Assembly (NCBI RefSeq): GCF_964213995.1
Contig: NC_135811.1
Location: 84,258,001 to 84,322,000, forward strand
From: Mustelus asterias
Taxonomy: Eukaryota
Direction of reading: 5' to 3'
Length of the DNA: 64,000 nucleotides
The translations under genes were made by a program, and so were the position numbers. The notes under the pieces were generated by a model. It made no database searches. It saw only the letters and a program-made list of their open reading frames with translations, and was not told the DNA's origin. Shown one piece after another: positions 61,973 to 64,000 of this stretch; position 1 is the stretch's first letter, and the number at the start of each line of letters is the position of its first letter.

Positions 61973-62304
61973 TTCACAGCCTCTGCCACTTCAAGGATTA
62001 ATAACCCTTAGCCATGGTCACAGTAAATCCTGTTGAGAGGTTTCCACTCCAGACTGATGACCCTGTAGCCGCCTTTATTTTTAGATTTCCAGCATGTTTC
62101 TAAGCGAGTCTCCATTTTGAGGTGACCTCACAGTCCCCTACCTGTCTCAGCAGTGTCCACCTCTCCCAAATAAGCTGCCGACCGCCCAGTGTTGTGGACT
62201 CTTAGTTTGGACCTCAGAACACCAGAACTTGCTCATAATCCATAAATTAGACAGCGAATGTGGAGTTGACCTTCTCATTGCTGGACAACCCTCCACAGAT
62301 GTAG

Positions 62305-62603
62305 AGCGGCACAGTGGTTAGCACTGCTGCCTCACAGTGCCAGGGACCCGGGTTCAATTCCGGCTTCGGATGACTGCCTGAGTGGAGTTTGCACGTTGTT
62401 CCCATGTCTGCGTGGGTTTCCTCCAGGTTCTCCACAGTTTACTCCACAGTCCAAAGATGTGCAGGTTAGGTTGATTGGCCATTAGTGTCAGGGTAAATTA
62501 GCAGGGAAGTATATGGGGTTCCTGGGATAGGGACTGGGTGGGATTGTTATCGGTGCAGGCTCGATGGGCCAAATGGCCTCCTTCTGCACTGTAGGGATTC
62601 GAT
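62305..62603 (+). mobile_element. HE1 SINE (CR1 tail)
   Basis: Head-body-tail. Confidence 0.88.
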
Positions 62604-62978
62604 GAGAAGTGAGCCCAAGGCCCGAAAGCCTGGAAAGCTGAGAGGATTCCACTCTCTGTTATTAAATGATTAAAGTGCCAGTAATAATAAATTAAAATAT
62701 TTTAATCTGGCTATTTCCAGCAAATAGCAGTGACTAGATAGACCCCACTTCCTTTGCAGATGGCACCGTGAATAACGAGGGCCGAGATCTATTAATTAAA
62801 CCACCCAACCAGATGCAATGTAAGGCAATATAAATTTATCCATGTCAGTGTTCTAGCTTATCAGAACTGTTTTCTCTTTTAAACATACTTTCCCTTTTCA
62901 AATAGCCTGACATCAGTTTATGCAAGTGAAAGCATGTCCTTACAATCTTAAATTTTTCTGCGTTTGTGCAGTTAATAG

Positions 62979-63291
62979 TGTAATGACTTCAGTCAGGCCA
63001 TTGAGGTTGGCCTATTGGAATATGAACTCCCTGATCAAGGAGTCAGTTGTTGGGCCAATCAGGGAGCCTTTTCCTTGTATTTAACTGGGAGTATCAGTTC
63101 CTTTGGCACTCCCGAAGGTAGACTGCTGACTGAATACACTCTGTGTACAGCTGTTGGAATTATAATAAAGGGATTTTGGTGAAGGGGCTGGGTGGGATTG
63201 TTATCGGTGCAGGCTTGATGGGTCAAATGGCCTCCTTCTGCACTGTAGGGATTCAATGAGAAGTGAGCCCAAGGCCCGAAGACTTATTACA
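62979..63291 (+). mobile_element. Short solo LTR carrying a 98-bp locally copied insert
   Basis: TGTAATGA...TTATTACA; 5-bp TSD AATAG; CCAAT, TATTTAA and AATAAA in order. Confidence 0.8.
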
Positions 63292-63387
63292 AATAGAATC
63301 TGGGTTTACCACTGCAAACTCTTCCAGGCCTCCGGGCCTTAGTTTCTGCTCCTCCAATACTGACATCTTGTGCATCCCAGTTTTAAA

Positions 63388-63665
63388 GTTTATTTGTTGG
63401 TGTCACAATTAGGCTTACATTAATACTGCAATGAAGTTACTGTGAAAATCCCCTAGTCGCCACACTCGGGTGCCTGTTCGGTTACACTGAGGGAGAATTT
63501 AGCATGTCCAATGCACCTAACCGCGTTTTTCGGACTGTGGGAGTAAACCAGAGCACCTGGGGAAAACGTACAGACACTGCACAGACAGTGACCCAAGCCG
63601 GGAATTGAACCCAGGCCCCTGGTGCTGTGAGTCAGCAGTGCTAACCACTGTGCCACTGTGCTGCC
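63388..63665 (-). mobile_element. HE1-like SINE (tail B)
   Basis: Head and tail motifs on minus strand. Confidence 0.88.
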
Positions 63666-64000
63666 CCGTTGCACCATTGGCAGATGTGGTTTCAGTTGTT
63701 TGGACCTTCCTGAACACCTCCACCGCTCCATCTATCTCCATCTTTAATACTGCTTCAAACCTATCTCTTCAATGAAGGTTTAGGTTACCTGTCCTGATTG
63801 CTCCTTCTGTGGAAAGGGTGTCAAAGATATGTATTGCTATTGCTCCTGTTGAACAAAGTTCCAAGGCATAAGAAAAATAGCAACTCTTCACTTTGAACGC
63901 TTTGTGGAAACTAACAGTTAGACCAGTTGGTTTCAGGACTTCATATAGCTCTGAGATATTATTTCTTTTTGCTTTGAATTTGATCATTTTTTAAAATCAT

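Noticed and set aside
2889-63741. Many 60-120 aa ORFs with MVSTAASQ / AQWLALLPHS / CGRKPEHPEETH peptides
   Set aside because: They are chance translations of HE1 SINE copies in several frames, not a gene family.

Overview
This is eukaryotic, repeat-dominated DNA, almost certainly from a shark or other elasmobranch, judged by abundant HE1-type SINEs and HER1/CR1 LINEs. I could not recognise any host-gene exon. It holds about 10 CR1 LINE fragments, about 20 HE1-like SINEs with two different 3' tails, L2/DeuSINE/RTE fossils, PIF/Harbinger-like MITEs, several solo LTRs, Penelope-type palindromic inserts with hammerhead ribozyme cores, and three Ty3/Gypsy Mag-like elements. One Gypsy is intact and very young (46347-50875: identical 245-bp LTRs, 5-bp TSD, 1321-aa gag-pol). 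One is internally deleted (53050-56112) and one is old and fragmented (about 38190-43069). The main signal is that the two young Gypsy elements have no tRNA primer-binding site. Instead, the bases just after the 5' LTR are the exact reverse complement of the AATAAA-containing segment of their own LTR (15 bp and 13 bp), with different sequences but the same pairing in the two families. Both also show an R-region/AUG helix and a PPT hairpin, and the intact element has a non-canonical YLDN RT active site. Together these suggest a tRNA-independent self-priming and/or poly(A)-occlusion system with a different geometry from Tf1/sushi. All coordinates were read by eye; boundaries of degraded repeats are approximate.
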